DNA of 64,000 nt from Tubulanus polymorphus (Eukaryota > Animalia > Nemertea): assembly GCF_964204645.1 (NCBI RefSeq), contig NW_027437437.1, positions 62,001 through 126,000 of the forward strand, read 5' to 3'. Position 1 is the first letter of the stretch, and each line of letters opens with the position of its first letter. The translations under genes and the position numbers were made by a program. Below are positions 26,798-39,350 of the stretch, piece after piece. A model generated the notes under the pieces. It searched no databases and was not told where the DNA came from. It saw only the letters and a list, made by a program, of their open reading frames with translations.

Positions 26798-27794
26798 TTA
26801 TAATACATATTTTTATTAAAATTGATTAACATTTTAGAATCCTCTTCCATTTCTCGACTAACGTCATCCTTTTTCATTCCTCGCTGCTTTTGATAAATCA
26901 TTTCGGTTCCTTGATATCAAAATCATACCATTTGCAATATCCGTGTTGCATGCGGACATCAATGTCCGCTTTTGATCAATGCGCATGCGCTAATCATAAT
27001 TGTATATTTATTCTGTAAAATTGAAACGACCGAACATAGAAAATTCACCAAGCAGATTTACACAATACATTTACAAGTATGTTCGGTCGTTTCATCCAAT
27101 ACATCATTTGATTTCTATAAATACAATTTATAATTACAAACATTTTTTCAATTGCCGGTAAATATTTAACTACATCAACAAATGTTAAACTTAATCATTG
27201 GAATTTTCGGAGTAGTCTAAATGTTTTTGAAATTCTTATATAGTTTCTTCGTCGATCTCTTGTATTTCTTGTGGTTCTACGCCAATTTCTATTGGTTCGA
27301 TATCCATTGCTGTCGATTCCTCGGAAAGAGTATCTTGAGTTTCTCTATCGCTTCTTGATGCGTATGACATTTTATTAATCTAAAAGATATTAGTGGTAAC
27401 TCTAGCTATCTAAAAGATATACTAAATACACTTAAATATATTTAAAGGTTTCATATTTAGTAGCCCCCTTTCCCTACTTCATAATAACTACAAAAAACGG
27501 TACTTACATTTAGATTTAGAACTGTAAACCTTAACTCCGAATTGTGTTTCGATAGATAAATCCTAAGCGTTCTGTATACACCATCTATTCAGTTCGGGCG
27601 CGCCTTCCAGAATGATCTGATACGTCTGCGGTTTATTATGACTCATTATGTCTGGCGGGCGTCATGGAAACGCTTGACAGCTGTGAATTTATAGGCTTAA
27701 TTAAATAGTTCTTTACATGAAATATAACAGATGTTTTAGTAACCAAAAGCTATGTATTATATACATACAAGGCTCAAATAGAGTTGCCGGTTTT

Positions 27795-28214
27795 CTAACC
27801 ACTGATTAAAACCTCAGAATGCGGTTGATTCTGCGAGCTACTATTCCATAATTCAACAAATGTCTTTGCTTGAACCAGTTGATCTAAATATAACTGTAAA
27901 TCAAGTTTATTAGATTTGATTATATCCCTCTTTTCTAAAGGTCTTAAATTTCAATTATTCATATTTCTAATATGACTTTTAGATTTTAAATGTTCTTTAT
28001 GATATCTTTTATCACTGAATGATTGATTACATGTATCACATTTGTATGTTTCTTTTTCATTCTTTAATTCATCTAATTTAGTTTCTAATATATCATCTTT
28101 ATATTCTAATTTCAATTTATTCCCTAAATGTGTTTTAGTTTTATTGTGTCTTGCTTTTTGAGATTTATCTATATTGATTTTACATGTCGGACAGTAGTAC
28201 CTATTTGCTTCCAT
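27795..28214 (-). pseudogene. Chimera of PolB N-terminal zinc fingers and HNH C-terminal tail
   Basis: MEANRYYCPTC...KSHIRNMNN* is followed in frame by NLRPLEKRDIIKSNKLDLQLYLDQLVQAKTFVELWN. Confidence 0.8.
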
Positions 28215-28293
28215 TTTAATACTAAATTTTTTATTAAAATTGATTTTAGAAGTTATTCATTTATATGTTATTCATATATATGAATATTTTAAG

Positions 28294-28445
28294 AGTAATA
28301 GGGATAATTGGCGTTCAGGTTAAAGGTTGAAGGGGCGGGCGAGTAAAAAATGAAAAATAAATTCGAGCGTGCGAGAATTTATTTTTCATTTTTTATGAGC
28401 TCGACCCTTCGACCTTTGGCCTGAACGCTCATTATCCCTATTACT
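28294..28445. repeat. 152-bp terminal self-inverted hairpin module of copy A
   Basis: AGTAATAGGGATAAT ... ATTATCCCTATTACT with inner stem AAAAAATGAAAAATAAATTC/GAATTTATTTTTCATTTTTT. Confidence 0.9.
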
Positions 28446-30764
28446 GACGTTGAAATCCCTGTTGACTATAATTAGAAATAACATTTTCGAGTAGGTTAAA
28501 GAGTTCAGGGGAGTCATTAGAAGTGTGGAAATTAGAGTCACTCGGTGGGATATAGGTGATGCATAGAAACATATCTTTGTCAAGGTTGAAAAAAGATTTA
28601 CAAAGCTTGATCAAGAGAAGTTCGCTTGATTTAATGGGCAAGGCTTTTAATACCTTGTTTTATAGAGTTTTTTATGAGAAGGGCAATGCCACCATAGTGC
28701 TTTTTAGCGTTTTTGGATTTAGCGCGAGTATTATGAATGGTGGAAAAACCAGGTATTTCAAGGATATCGGTGTTAGAACAATGAGTCTCAGCCAGGCGAA
28801 TAATGTCATCCTTAGAGAGATCGGTATTCGAAAAACGCCTAATGAAAAACACCAAATCGGAAAACGCATAACGCCTAATTCAAGTAACATCCAAGAAATT
28901 GACCTAAATCCCTACGTGAACTATGTACGCAACGCTACATAGTTCACGTCGGAGTGCGTGGAGCGCCGCCTGTTCCATCTTCGTTTCTACGTGAAGCGTA
29001 AAACACATGTATTTTCAAACTGTTCCGTTGATGGGTTGGATTGTGAGTCTCAGTAGATGGTGCAATTACGAAATTAGGTCATTTTCTAGGAATTAGGCGT
29101 TATGCGTTTTCCGATTCGGTGTATTTCGTTTTTCGAGTACCGTAGAGAGATTGCGGTGTACATCAGGGTCTGAGAGTTTACAGTATTTTTGGCCGTTAAC
29201 TCTCCGGAAAGCACCATCGATATTCCAGAAGCAGGTTGAAATCATAGCAGGGCAGGTCATAGTATCATAAACAAAAAAAGAATAACCTATAGATGAGGGA
29301 TCGAGGGCTGTTACATACAATGAGAGTACAATATAGAATATATAGAGACCAGGCTATTGAAGTTTAGGTGCCCATTCGGATATATATGAAGGTTTGAGGG
29401 GACGCAGAAACATCAGTGCACTAGTAGGTTCACAGATATAGAATATACAAGATACATACAGATTGTAGATGCAGATGATATCTTTGATGCTCATGAAGCA
29501 GGTGTGTTTTAAGTAGGTACAAAAGTATCGATTCCTAGTGAGTTTAACAAATATAAAAAATACAAGGTACATAAGATTGTAAATACAAGGTAACTAAGGT
29601 TATAAAGTATTTTTTCCATTTTCTTTAGCAGTTTTAACATAGAGATCAATAAACTAGAGCAATAGACTCAATTATAATTAGCTGTAACATAACATTTATG
29701 AATGATTTAAGAGATAATCCCGGTTAACGGTAGAAAGCGGGTGGATTTATACACCCAGCAAGATAATCCAGGATCTGTTGTACGTGGTTGTAGTTGATCG
29801 GGCCGGTGTGGAAGTTGTTTCTCTGTCCTTTGTTATTGTACGAGCTCGAGAAACGATTGGATGGAGATGGATATCCGTGCGGAACGCGATGAGTAGGAGC
29901 TGGAGTTGCGGTTCCAGAGAGTCCTTGATAGGCTCTCACAAGAAGGCCGGTGCCTTTCTTATTGAGATGTACGCAGTCTGTTTTGAAATAGACGGACGAC
30001 ACAGATTTTAAGGCGGACGGGAGGGCGAAAATATCACAATGCAGGGTCTTCAGCCTTTCGGAGTAGCTGGAAGCTCTCGTTGAGTATCCTTCATCAGCTC
30101 GCGGTAGAGCTTCGGTGATGTAAATCGACGCATTCGTGAACTTTCGCTTGCATAATTCAATGCAAGTGTCAACGCTTTCATGAGCCAGGTCATTGTCGCT
30201 GACCTGTAGGTAGACCTTGACAATGTTGTCATTGCACTGGAGTCGTAGGCGCCCTGAATATTTTTCGCGTCCTTTTCTAATGTTTTGATCGATGTGTATT
30301 GCCCTGGAAATAGTGCGGCGGGCCGTAAAAAACGCGTATGGGAGTTCCCGACTACGATGATCTCCGCGGATTTCGCAATATTGTTACTCAAATTTGCGTT
30401 CACCGGGTTAGGAGCGGCATTGATAGAGGTTGGTGAAGGTTTCGTTTTGGCGACGGTGGTGAACGGTCTCGGATCGGAGAGTGCGTGGTTAGAAGATTTC
30501 AGGGATATTATCTCTTCGTTCAGCAAGTCATTAGTCGAATTTGCAATCAACAAGTTGTCTTCGAGGGTCATAACGGTTGACTTAAGTGACTCTAATGATC
30601 GGTTGGAGGAAGAAATATCATTTTTGCATTTCTTCAGAGCGGACGTAACATGTGATATTCTGTCCTGACTGGAGCGGAGTTTGCAGGACAGGTCATCTAT
30701 CGCTGAGCTTAGTTCGATGACTTTTCTTTTCGTTGATCGGGCAAACACCGCAGGAGGTGGTGTA
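28446..30764 (-). mobile_element. CR1/L2-like LINE, middle part: ORF1 coiled-coil plus SGNH esterase-like domain, start of ORF2 AP endonuclease
   Basis: IIVVGNSHTR and DCVHLNKKG (SGNH-like); DII.LAETH, GGIALLIK, TYIPP and a (G)DFN-like motif cut at 28446 by the copy A terminus. Confidence 0.82.
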
Positions 30765-31302
30765 AGTAATAGGGATAATAGGCTTTCAGATCAAAGGTCG
30801 AACGGTCGAGCTCATTAAAAAACAAAACATTAAAAGTAATTTAAAACTATAATATATTTTCATAACCATGTGCATTTTATATTATAACTAAATATTTATT
30901 CTAAGATATCAATAATTTAATACAATACACAAATTCATATAATCAAATATATTTTAATAATAATAATTATTCTATTATTCAACTGAAATACACACGGTTA
31001 TGAAAATATATTATAGTTTTAAATTACTTTTAATATTTGTTATTAATGAACTCGACCATTCAACCTTTAACCTGAAAGCCTATTATCCCTATTACTCTTA
31101 AAATAATCATATACATGAATAACATTTAAATTGACAGATTATTCAATATAAAAGTATATATTTACAACATTATTTCAATATTCTTATTTGTGTGAGTTAG
31201 ATTTTTAAACATTAAAAGTGTTAGTAAAGTGTGATTGAAATAATACATGATATAAATCATTGAACTTCTAAAATCAATTTTAATAAAAGATTTAGTATTA
31301 AA
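30765..31302. repeat. Left TIR (~540 bp); first 332 bp (30765-31096) are self-inverted
   Basis: Reverse complement of ~47628-48216; the terminal ~107 bp recur inverted at ~30991-31096. Confidence 0.92.
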
Positions 31303-34300
31303 ATGGAAGCAAATAAGTACTACTGCGCAACATGTAATATCAATATAGATAAATCCCAAAAAGCAAGACACAATAAAACTAAAACACATTTAGAGAATAA
31401 ATTGAAACTAGAATATAACTATGATATATTAGAAACTAAATTAGATGAATTAAAGAATGAAAAAAAACATACAAATGTGATACATGTAATCAATCATATA
31501 GTGATAAAAGATATTATAATGAACATTTAAAATCTAAAAGTCATATTAGAAATAAGAATAATGATATTTTAGGTGAAGATTATTTTGATAAAGATAATGA
31601 TAAGAAACAGAAAACAATTAAAAGCATAAAAAATAAATTAAACAATAAAAGACCATACATGGAAGATGTAAGAAATTATATTAATTCATTAGATAATAAA
31701 AAAGATATAGAGATAACGGAAGCATTTAAAAGTGATATTGGTCCAGCAGGAATCGAGTTTAAATTTCATAAAGGAAAAACATTAGAAGAAAATAAAAAAC
31801 ATTTAGAAAATATGAAAGAAATAATAAAAATAATTACTGATGTTGAATATCCTAAAATAAGTATATCTTCTAAAGTTAAATTCATAAAATCCGAAGATAA
31901 ACCAATATATAATATAAATTCTCATTCACAACATATTATTTCAAAACAACATATAGATGATAAATTAGATAAATGTTATAATGAAGTAAAAACTAAAATA
32001 GAAGAGAAATATTTTGAAGGATCTGGTTTTAATATTTGATGAAATAATATTTATGACTTTACATGTTTATAACACAAAATATAATAAGTTAACTAAATCA
32101 AAACCAATAGATGAAAATAATGTATCATATTATAAAGAACCAGATATTGAAGCATCGAGTTATATTAAACTACCATTTAAAACTAATGCTGTAATAAATG
32201 TACAAAATGAAGATGATAAATGTTTTCTATGGGCCATAATATGTTGTTTACATCCTGCAACTTATAATATTTGTAGATTAACTCATTATAAACCATTTGA
32301 AAATAATTATAAGATAGATAAGTATCCTGTTAGAATTAAAAACATCCCAAAAATAGAAAGAGATAATAATATAAAGATAAATGTATTTGATTTAATCAAA
32401 TTACCAAATACAAAAGGTAACAATATAAAACATTATACATTAGAACCTTTATATATATCAAAAGATTATGATTCAAATGATGTTATAGATATACTATATT
32501 ATGAGAATCATTATATGTGGATTAAACAAATAGATTTATTCTTTAGAACAGAAAGTGATCACCATAATAAAATATATCTTTGTAGAAAATGTTTACATAG
32601 ATTCAGTAATGAAAGTACATTATTAAATCATAAACAATTATGTGAAAATCATGATTATTGTAAATTAGTTTTACCAAATGAAAAGGATAAAATATTAGAA
32701 TTCAAAAAATATGATTACAAAAATAAAGTTCCACTTGTTATATATGGAGATTTTGAATCATTAAATAAAGAACTAACTGATCAAGATAGAAAAGAAATAT
32801 ATTATAAGAGAAAGAAATTAAATTCTAATGAAAATGATTATTCTGAAGAACCACCAAAAACAAATACTATTAAAAAGATTCATCAATCAGCTGCTGCTTT
32901 CGGGTTATATATTAAATCTGATTATCCAGAACTAATTGAAAGTGAATATTATGATTATAGAAATGAAAATGTTATCAATCATTTTTGTGACTTATTAATT
33001 GAATATGAAATAAGATTTAGTAAATTATTGAATACAAATATAGAAATTATAATGACAGAAGAAGATAAAGAAGCATTTGCGTTTGCAGGTAAATGTTATT
33101 ATTGTGAAAAGATAATTAATTATAAAGATAAAAAAGTAAGAGACCATGATCATTTGAATGGAAAGTTTAGAGGCGCTGCACATGAGAATTGTAATTTACA
33201 AGCTAAGAAAATTAATTTTGTACCAGTTATATTTCATAATCTATCAGGATATGATGCACATTTATTTATCAAACAGTTATGTCATAAAATAGAAGAAATT
33301 AATAATGAAATAGAAAGATTAAATTCAAATAGATCAAAAGATAAAATACCAACTTATAAATTTAGAATGTTAGCTAAAACATCTGAGAATTATATATCAT
33401 TCCAATTTGGATGTCTAAGATTTATAGATTCATATAATATTTTTAAGTAGTTCATTAGATAACTAATCAAAATCATTAGTTGGTGATGAATTAAAAATAT
33501 TAAAGCAACACTACCCAAATAATGATGATTTTCAATTAATGAGATATAAAGGAGCAATTCCATATTCTTTCTATAAAAATCATAATGATTTCAATATAAC
33601 TGAATTATTGAAAGAACAATTCTATGATGAATTAAAAAATGAATATGTTAAAGATGAAGTCTATAATAGAACATTGAATATTTGGAATCATTTCAAAATA
33701 GAAAATCATGGGCAATTAGTAGATATATATTTAAAATCAGATGTATTATTATTATATATTCGAAAGGTTTAGAGATGTAAACCTAAAATATTTTAATATT
33801 TAATCCTTGTCATTGTTATTCTAGCCCAGGTTTAACATGGGATTGTGGTTTAAAATTTACAGATATAAAAATGGATTTGTTAACAAATATAGATTAATTA
33901 TTATTATTTGAAAAATCTATAAGAGGAGGAGTTTCAGGTGTATTAGGCGATAGATATTTCAATGTAAATGATAACCCTGGATAAAAGTTATTATATATAG
34001 ATGCAAATAATTTGTATGGTTGGGCAATGATGGAACCACAACCTTATGGAGTATTTGAAATAAGTGAAGTTTTACAGAATGAAAATAATGATAAATTTGA
34101 TTGGAAGAAAAGAATTCTAGATATTGCAGATGATTCAGATACTGGTTACTTCTTTGTTGTAGATTTAGAATATCCTGAACATATTAAATTTAAATCTAGA
34201 AATCTAGCATACTGTCCAGAACATAAAACTGTAACTCATGAAGAATTATCAAATTACCAAAAAAGAATTAAACCCGAAAATCATATTCATACAGAAAAGT

Positions 34301-35334
34301 TAATGGTAACTCAAGAAGATAAATATAATTATGTAGTACATTATAGAATGTTGAAGTTTTATTTGAATCAAGGAATGATTCTAAAAAAAGTACATAGATA
34401 TATTTCATTTAGTCAATCTAAGTGGTTAGAAAAATATATAGATTTTAACACCAAACAGAGAACTGAAGCTAAAACTGATTTCGAAAAAGATTTCTTCAAG
34501 TTAATGAACAATGCATTCTATGGTAAGACTTATGAAAATATTAGAAATAGAAATGATATTGAGTTAGTTAGTAATGGCAAAAGGATAAGGCATTTACAAT
34601 CATATCCTAAGTTCATTGGTAACAGAATATTTGATGAAAATTTAGCTGCAGTTAAAATGAGAAGAACTTCTATGAAATTTAATAAACCAATCTATGTTGG
34701 CGCTTCAGTTTTAGAATTATCAAAATTACTAATGTATGAATTCTATTATAATGTATTACAACCACTTTTTGGAGAAAAACATATAGAAATCTTATATTTT
34801 GATACAGATTCTTACATATTAAAGATAAAAACTGATAACATAACTGATGATTTAAAAACATTAAAACATCATTTTGATTTCAGTAACTATCGTAAAGATC
34901 ATGAATTGTTTAGCAATGATAATAAAAAAGTTCCCGGTAAATTCAAAGATGAATTAGGTGGTGAAGAAATGATTGAATTCATTGGTATTAGATCCAAAAT
35001 GTATTCATATAAAACTAAAGAACATGAAGCTAAATAGTTAAAAGGAATAACCAAAAGTGTAGTAGAAAAGAATATTCATTTCAAAGATTACATCAATTGT
35101 ATATTCAATGAAGAAGTTAGAAAACATAAGATGAGATGTTTAAGATCTGAAGATCATGAAATGTTTATTGAAGAAATTGAAAAGATAAGTCTAAACCCAT
35201 TTGATGATAAAAGATATATTCTGGATGATGGAATTCATACAGTTGCTTATGGTTGTAATTTAGATGAATACTTAAAATTTAAAAGAGAAGAAACAAAAGA
35301 GAACGAGATAATGAAAAGAATTCTAACGTGTTAA
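31303..35334 (+). pseudogene. Protein-primed family B DNA polymerase polyprotein (C2H2 fingers, putative terminal protein, OTU-like domain, exonuclease with endonuclease VII insert, polymerase)
   Basis: DDKCFLWA...NHYMWI; YGDFES, FHNLSGYD, YLKSDV; CYYC...RDHDHLNGKFRGAAH..CN; YIDANNLYGWAM, KLMNNAFYGK, YFDTDS; several stops and frameshifts. Confidence 0.96.
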
Positions 35335-35363
35335 TCAAATTTTAATAAAAATATGTATTATAA

Positions 35364-35717
35364 ATGGAGAGTAAACAAGCGCACAGTGAGAAAAACAAAT
35401 CATTTCTAGATAGAATAAAAGATACTACAAATGTAAAATCTGTAGATTATAAATTCAAAAAGTTAACAGAATTAACAATTCATAAGAAATATCTAATTAC
35501 AAATATTGATACAGTTACTAATAACTATGGAGATAAATTAGTTATACACTTAGAATATGAAGGATTAAAAGGAAATACATATAAATTCAGAACATATTTA
35601 CCGGATAGATTTCATAGATTATCAAGTGAAGATTTAGAAGAATTATGTTCTGGAGATTTCTATTTCGTATACAAAGGTAAGAATGAAAAAGGGCATCATG
35701 AAATAGATTTCGAATAA
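35364..35717 (+). CDS. Small Polinton protein, possibly OB-fold ssDNA-binding
   Basis: Intact 117 aa directly after polB; FKKLTEL...Y.I...NYG..LVI.L...YLPDRF pattern; function is inference. Confidence 0.55.
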   Translation: MESKQAHSEKNKSFLDRIKDTTNVKSVDYKFKKLTELTIHKKYLITNIDTVTNNYGDKLVIHLEYEGLKGNTYKFRTYLPDRFHRLSSEDLEELCSGDFYFVYKGKNEKGHHEIDFE

Positions 35718-35734
35718 GAAAATATGTAAAATAA

Positions 35735-36493
35735 ATGGTAGAATTAAAAGAATACAGAATATTTGTTGATTCTAGAAGACTTACAAATTATAAATCTCAT
35801 AATTTACCAGTACAATTAGATAGGGAATATAAAAATTGTGTAGATTTAAAATTAGTAAATATAAGTTTATGTAATTCTTTTTATAATATAACGGATAAAA
35901 CTATTGAAGATAATGCTTTTATGATTCATATTAGAAATGTAAATAAATGGTTTCATCTAATTTTAAAACCAGGATTATATAATTGAGAAACATTAGCTCA
36001 AGAAATTAATCGAAGAGCACGGTTGAAAATTAGAAAAGATGATAAATTTTTAATTAGATTTATAAAAAGTGATAGCACAAATAAAATTAAAATAAAGGTA
36101 TATGATGAAAGTCAACATGCATTTATGGTAAAAAAACCATTAGCTAAACTGTTAGAAATTGCACCAGATACTGTTACAGGAAACGTAGATGGTAATTCAA
36201 ATATAATACCTTTTACACACTTTTATATTTATTGCAATTTAATCGAGCCTACAAAAACATTCGAAGCAACTAAAGATACAATTTGTAATTCTAGTATATT
36301 GAATATTTTACCATTAAAAAATGTTAAACAATTTGGAACGCAAATAGATTATAATTTAACAGAATGTGATTTCAAACCATGCATTTCTCAATTTAATAAT
36401 TTTAGATTAGAAATAAGAAATCACAATGGATATTTAATTGATTTGAATAATTTTCCTGTGATATATGAATTAGTTATAAGATGTAGAGAGTAA
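35735..36493 (+). pseudogene. Minor capsid (penton, single jelly-roll) protein
   Basis: IFVDSR...NSFYNI and FYIYCNLI...ILNILP...FRLEIRNHNGYLIDLNN; two same-frame ORFs separated by one TGA at 35984-35986. Confidence 0.82.
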
Positions 36494-36510
36494 TGTTTTT
36501 CACTATATAA

Positions 36511-36867
36511 ATGAATATAACTGTTGGACCGAGTATATGTTTTGGGTTTGATTTTAAACGTGAGAAAGAAATGAAATTTAACATTACTGATGTAATTACA
36601 CATATCAAAAATATAACATTTTCTAATGAAACAACATTTGAGTATGAAACAACAATAAATAAAGAAACTTTAAATGTAGAAAAGATTACTAATTTGATTA
36701 GAGAATCTTTAAGATTTTATGAATTAGATGAAGATTTTATCATCGATGATATTAAAAAAATAATAATTGAAATATATACAAATGAAACTAGTAATGAAAT
36801 AAATGTTGAATTAATCATAAATAAGATAACTAAATATTTTGATGATAGTAATTTTTTTGATAAATAA
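36511..36867 (+). CDS. Polinton hypothetical acidic protein
   Basis: Intact 118-aa ORF in a tightly packed block, TAAATG start. Confidence 0.65.
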   Translation: MNITVGPSICFGFDFKREKEMKFNITDVITHIKNITFSNETTFEYETTINKETLNVEKITNLIRESLRFYELDEDFIIDDIKKIIIEIYTNETSNEINVELIINKITKYFDDSNFFDK

Positions 36868-37089
36868 ATGAGTGATAATAAGTGGATAATAACTGGATTA
36901 TATAACAGAGCATTACTATCAGTTGGAACTGTTGGTTATTCAATGGTATTAAAAAAAGTATTTAAAATGGGAAGTGTTAATGTTGATAGATTTGATATCA
37001 ATGATATTTTAAAATTAACATTAGCAGTCACTTTATCTAATTTAACTATTGATTATTTGGAAAAACAAAAATATATTCCTCCCATATAG
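36868..37089 (+). CDS. Small hydrophobic protein (73 aa)
   Basis: Two hydrophobic stretches, TAAATG start. Confidence 0.7.
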   Translation: MSDNKWIITGLYNRALLSVGTVGYSMVLKKVFKMGSVNVDRFDINDILKLTLAVTLSNLTIDYLEKQKYIPPI

Positions 37090-37113
37090 ATACATAATTA
37101 TTTTACTAAATAA

Positions 37114-37536
37114 ATGGCTTCTGCAGTTATAACTATTATAGGATCGGCAATTGTTAACGCTTTAGCATTTACTGGTGGTGGTTATTTATTCAAGCATATT
37201 GATAAAAATGGATCATTAACAGAACAAAAAAGACATAACTTAGCATTAGAGAAATACAATAAAGCAGCAGAAGAATATAGAGAAAAACGACAAAACTATA
37301 TGGATTATATTAACAAAGAATTATATGATCAGAAGATTTCACATAGAGATTTTCAATCAGTTGATGATGCAATCAGTTTATATAACGCAGTAACCAATAA
37401 AGAAAAATTACATCTACATAAACCTACAATATCAGATTATTATACCCCAAGTAATGAACAGAAGAAATATGAAATAATATGGATTTTAGGTGGAACAGTT
37501 ATTGTTATATTTGTTGCTTATAAGTTTACTAATTAG
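37114..37536 (+). CDS. Membrane protein with hydrophobic termini and central coiled coil (140 aa)
   Basis: MASAVITIIGSAIVNALAFTGGGYLF...IIWILGGTVIVIFVAY. Confidence 0.75.
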   Translation: MASAVITIIGSAIVNALAFTGGGYLFKHIDKNGSLTEQKRHNLALEKYNKAAEEYREKRQNYMDYINKELYDQKISHRDFQSVDDAISLYNAVTNKEKLHLHKPTISDYYTPSNEQKKYEIIWILGGTVIVIFVAYKFTN

Positions 37537-37555
37537 TAATTTTTTTGCTAAATAA

Positions 37556-37990
37556 ATGGAAGATAAAGTTGATAATATTGATATTATTCCTCATGATATA
37601 AATAAAACTAAATTAAAAACATATTTAGAAAAACAAATATTAGAATTTGAAAGTGATTTAAAAGTTAAAAAGAAAAAATATTTAAAAAGTAAAATTATAT
37701 ATTATCTTATTATCAGTGGTTCGGTTACAATTTGTTCTGTAATAACATTTCTAGCAATATTCAGTCCATTAACACCTTTAGCTATATCAATTGGTGTATT
37801 AGGATTAAGTTCAAGTGTTTTAACTGGTATAAGTTCAAAATTGAATATAAAAAGTAATAAAGAAAAAATTAAAACTAATATAAAAGAAATTAATAAATTA
37901 AAGAATACACTAGATTATATGATAAGTTTAAATGGCCATATAACAGTTGAAGAACAACATAAATTATTAAAAGAATTAATAAATTATTAA
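37556..37990 (+). CDS. Two-TM, coiled-coil protein (144 aa)
   Basis: IIYYLIISGSVTICSVITFLAIF and LAISIGVLGLSSSVLTGI flanked by charged helices. Confidence 0.72.
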   Translation: MEDKVDNIDIIPHDINKTKLKTYLEKQILEFESDLKVKKKKYLKSKIIYYLIISGSVTICSVITFLAIFSPLTPLAISIGVLGLSSSVLTGISSKLNIKSNKEKIKTNIKEINKLKNTLDYMISLNGHITVEEQHKLLKELINY

Positions 37991-38006
37991 TTTTTGAGTT
38001 ATATAA

Positions 38007-39334
38007 ATGGCTAGATAGTTTTCCAAAAGCTTTCCAATATAATAAATCAATTAAATATAATATTCCAGCAATAGATTTTAATAAAGATATTACATATAGA
38101 AATGAAGTTTTAAATTCATTAATTGATTTATATATTTATGTTACTGAAAGTAATAATTTTCATGTAAAGATGGAAAATATATTTCATGTGTATACAATTA
38201 ATTTTCAAAAATTTAAATGAGGCAAAACAATGGTTATTAAAATCTAATATGAAGTATTGGCAGAACCAATTAAATTTTGCTGTTTATTGCGCAACAACAG
38301 GTTGTGGAATTAGTTGGAATGATCATTTAAACAAACCAAGTTTACCATTGATGTTATCACTTTTTAGATTTCATACATATTTTCAAATAAAATTAATATT
38401 AGATGAATTAGAATGTCCTTTACCAGGTTCAAAATTATTTAAAAATTTGAATAATAATATTAATTTTTCTAAGTTTTATAAAATATGTAATGAATTTAAT
38501 ATTAATTCAAATAAAGATTTTAGAGCAAAAATTGGAACAATGGGTGGATTAGGAATATTATATACTAAAGAATTTGGAAAAATAATGACAAATTCAGATA
38601 TAGGAACACTAAATTGGAATGAATTACCAAAATATTATAATAATATACAACAACAAAACAATAATGGTTGGGTTAATTTCATTTTAGAAAATAGTGAAGG
38701 TTTTACTAAAGCTGGTATACAAAGAATAAATCAATCAATTAGAACTTATTTGATATGTATTTTAGGTGCGCAAGTTGAAACAAGATCCCCAATAATTGGA
38801 AATGATAACACTTCATTCGATGCGCAGAAACAACTCAAAGTATTATTTGAAGATTCAATTCATTATGATAAAAATAGATCGATTCCAGAAAACATTGTAA
38901 GATATCAAAATTATTTAGATAAATCACATATTAGATTAAATTATTGTATAGGCCCTAATCTATTAATTATTTCTAATGATTTAGTATTAAAGATGGGAAA
39001 TATAATTGGTTATAATAATCTAATTAAAACTGCAACAATAAATAATTCATTTGGATTGAATGATACAACTAAAAAGATTATCACTGCTCCAAAATAAATG
39101 GAGGGTGAAAAAAATAAAAAACACATTCAATCAACAGAAACTAAAACTAATAATATTAAATTAAATAATGATTCTAAAATAAAAGATTACAATACATCAG
39201 AAAATATTAGAACTGATATTATTCAACATGATATAATTAAAACTAATGATGATAATAAATCCCATGAAAATGCTAAATTAGCTTTAACTTGTGTAGGAAT
39301 TGTAATCGGAGGAATATTATATTTTAGATTTTAA
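38007..39334 (+). pseudogene. ~440-aa Polinton protein with C-terminal TM anchor
   Basis: TAAATG start at 38007 with early disruption; 38186-39097 and 39098-39334 are in one frame separated by a single TAA; ends LALTCVGIVIGGILYF. Confidence 0.7.
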
Positions 39335-39350
39335 TTTTTTCATTATGTTA

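Larger units (their letters stand above)
19480..28445 (+). mobile_element. Polinton/Maverick copy A (right ~9 kb only, decayed)
   Basis: Colinear with ~39960-48216 of copy B; ends in ...ATTATCCCTATTACT at 28445; left half absent. Confidence 0.93.

Noticed and set aside
30770-30787. Resemblance of the Polinton terminus TAGGGATAATAGG to the I-SceI site
   Set aside because: Only a partial match, embedded in natural termini of all copies; no sign of engineered DNA.
31274-31281. Mimivirus early promoter AAAATTGA upstream of polB
   Set aside because: Present only in reverse orientation (TCAATTTT) and expected by chance in such AT-rich DNA.
39095-39100. TAAATG at 39098 as an independent promoter/start
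   Set aside because: Same frame as the upstream ORF with no T-run; more likely a nonsense mutation in one gene, so excluded from the motif count.
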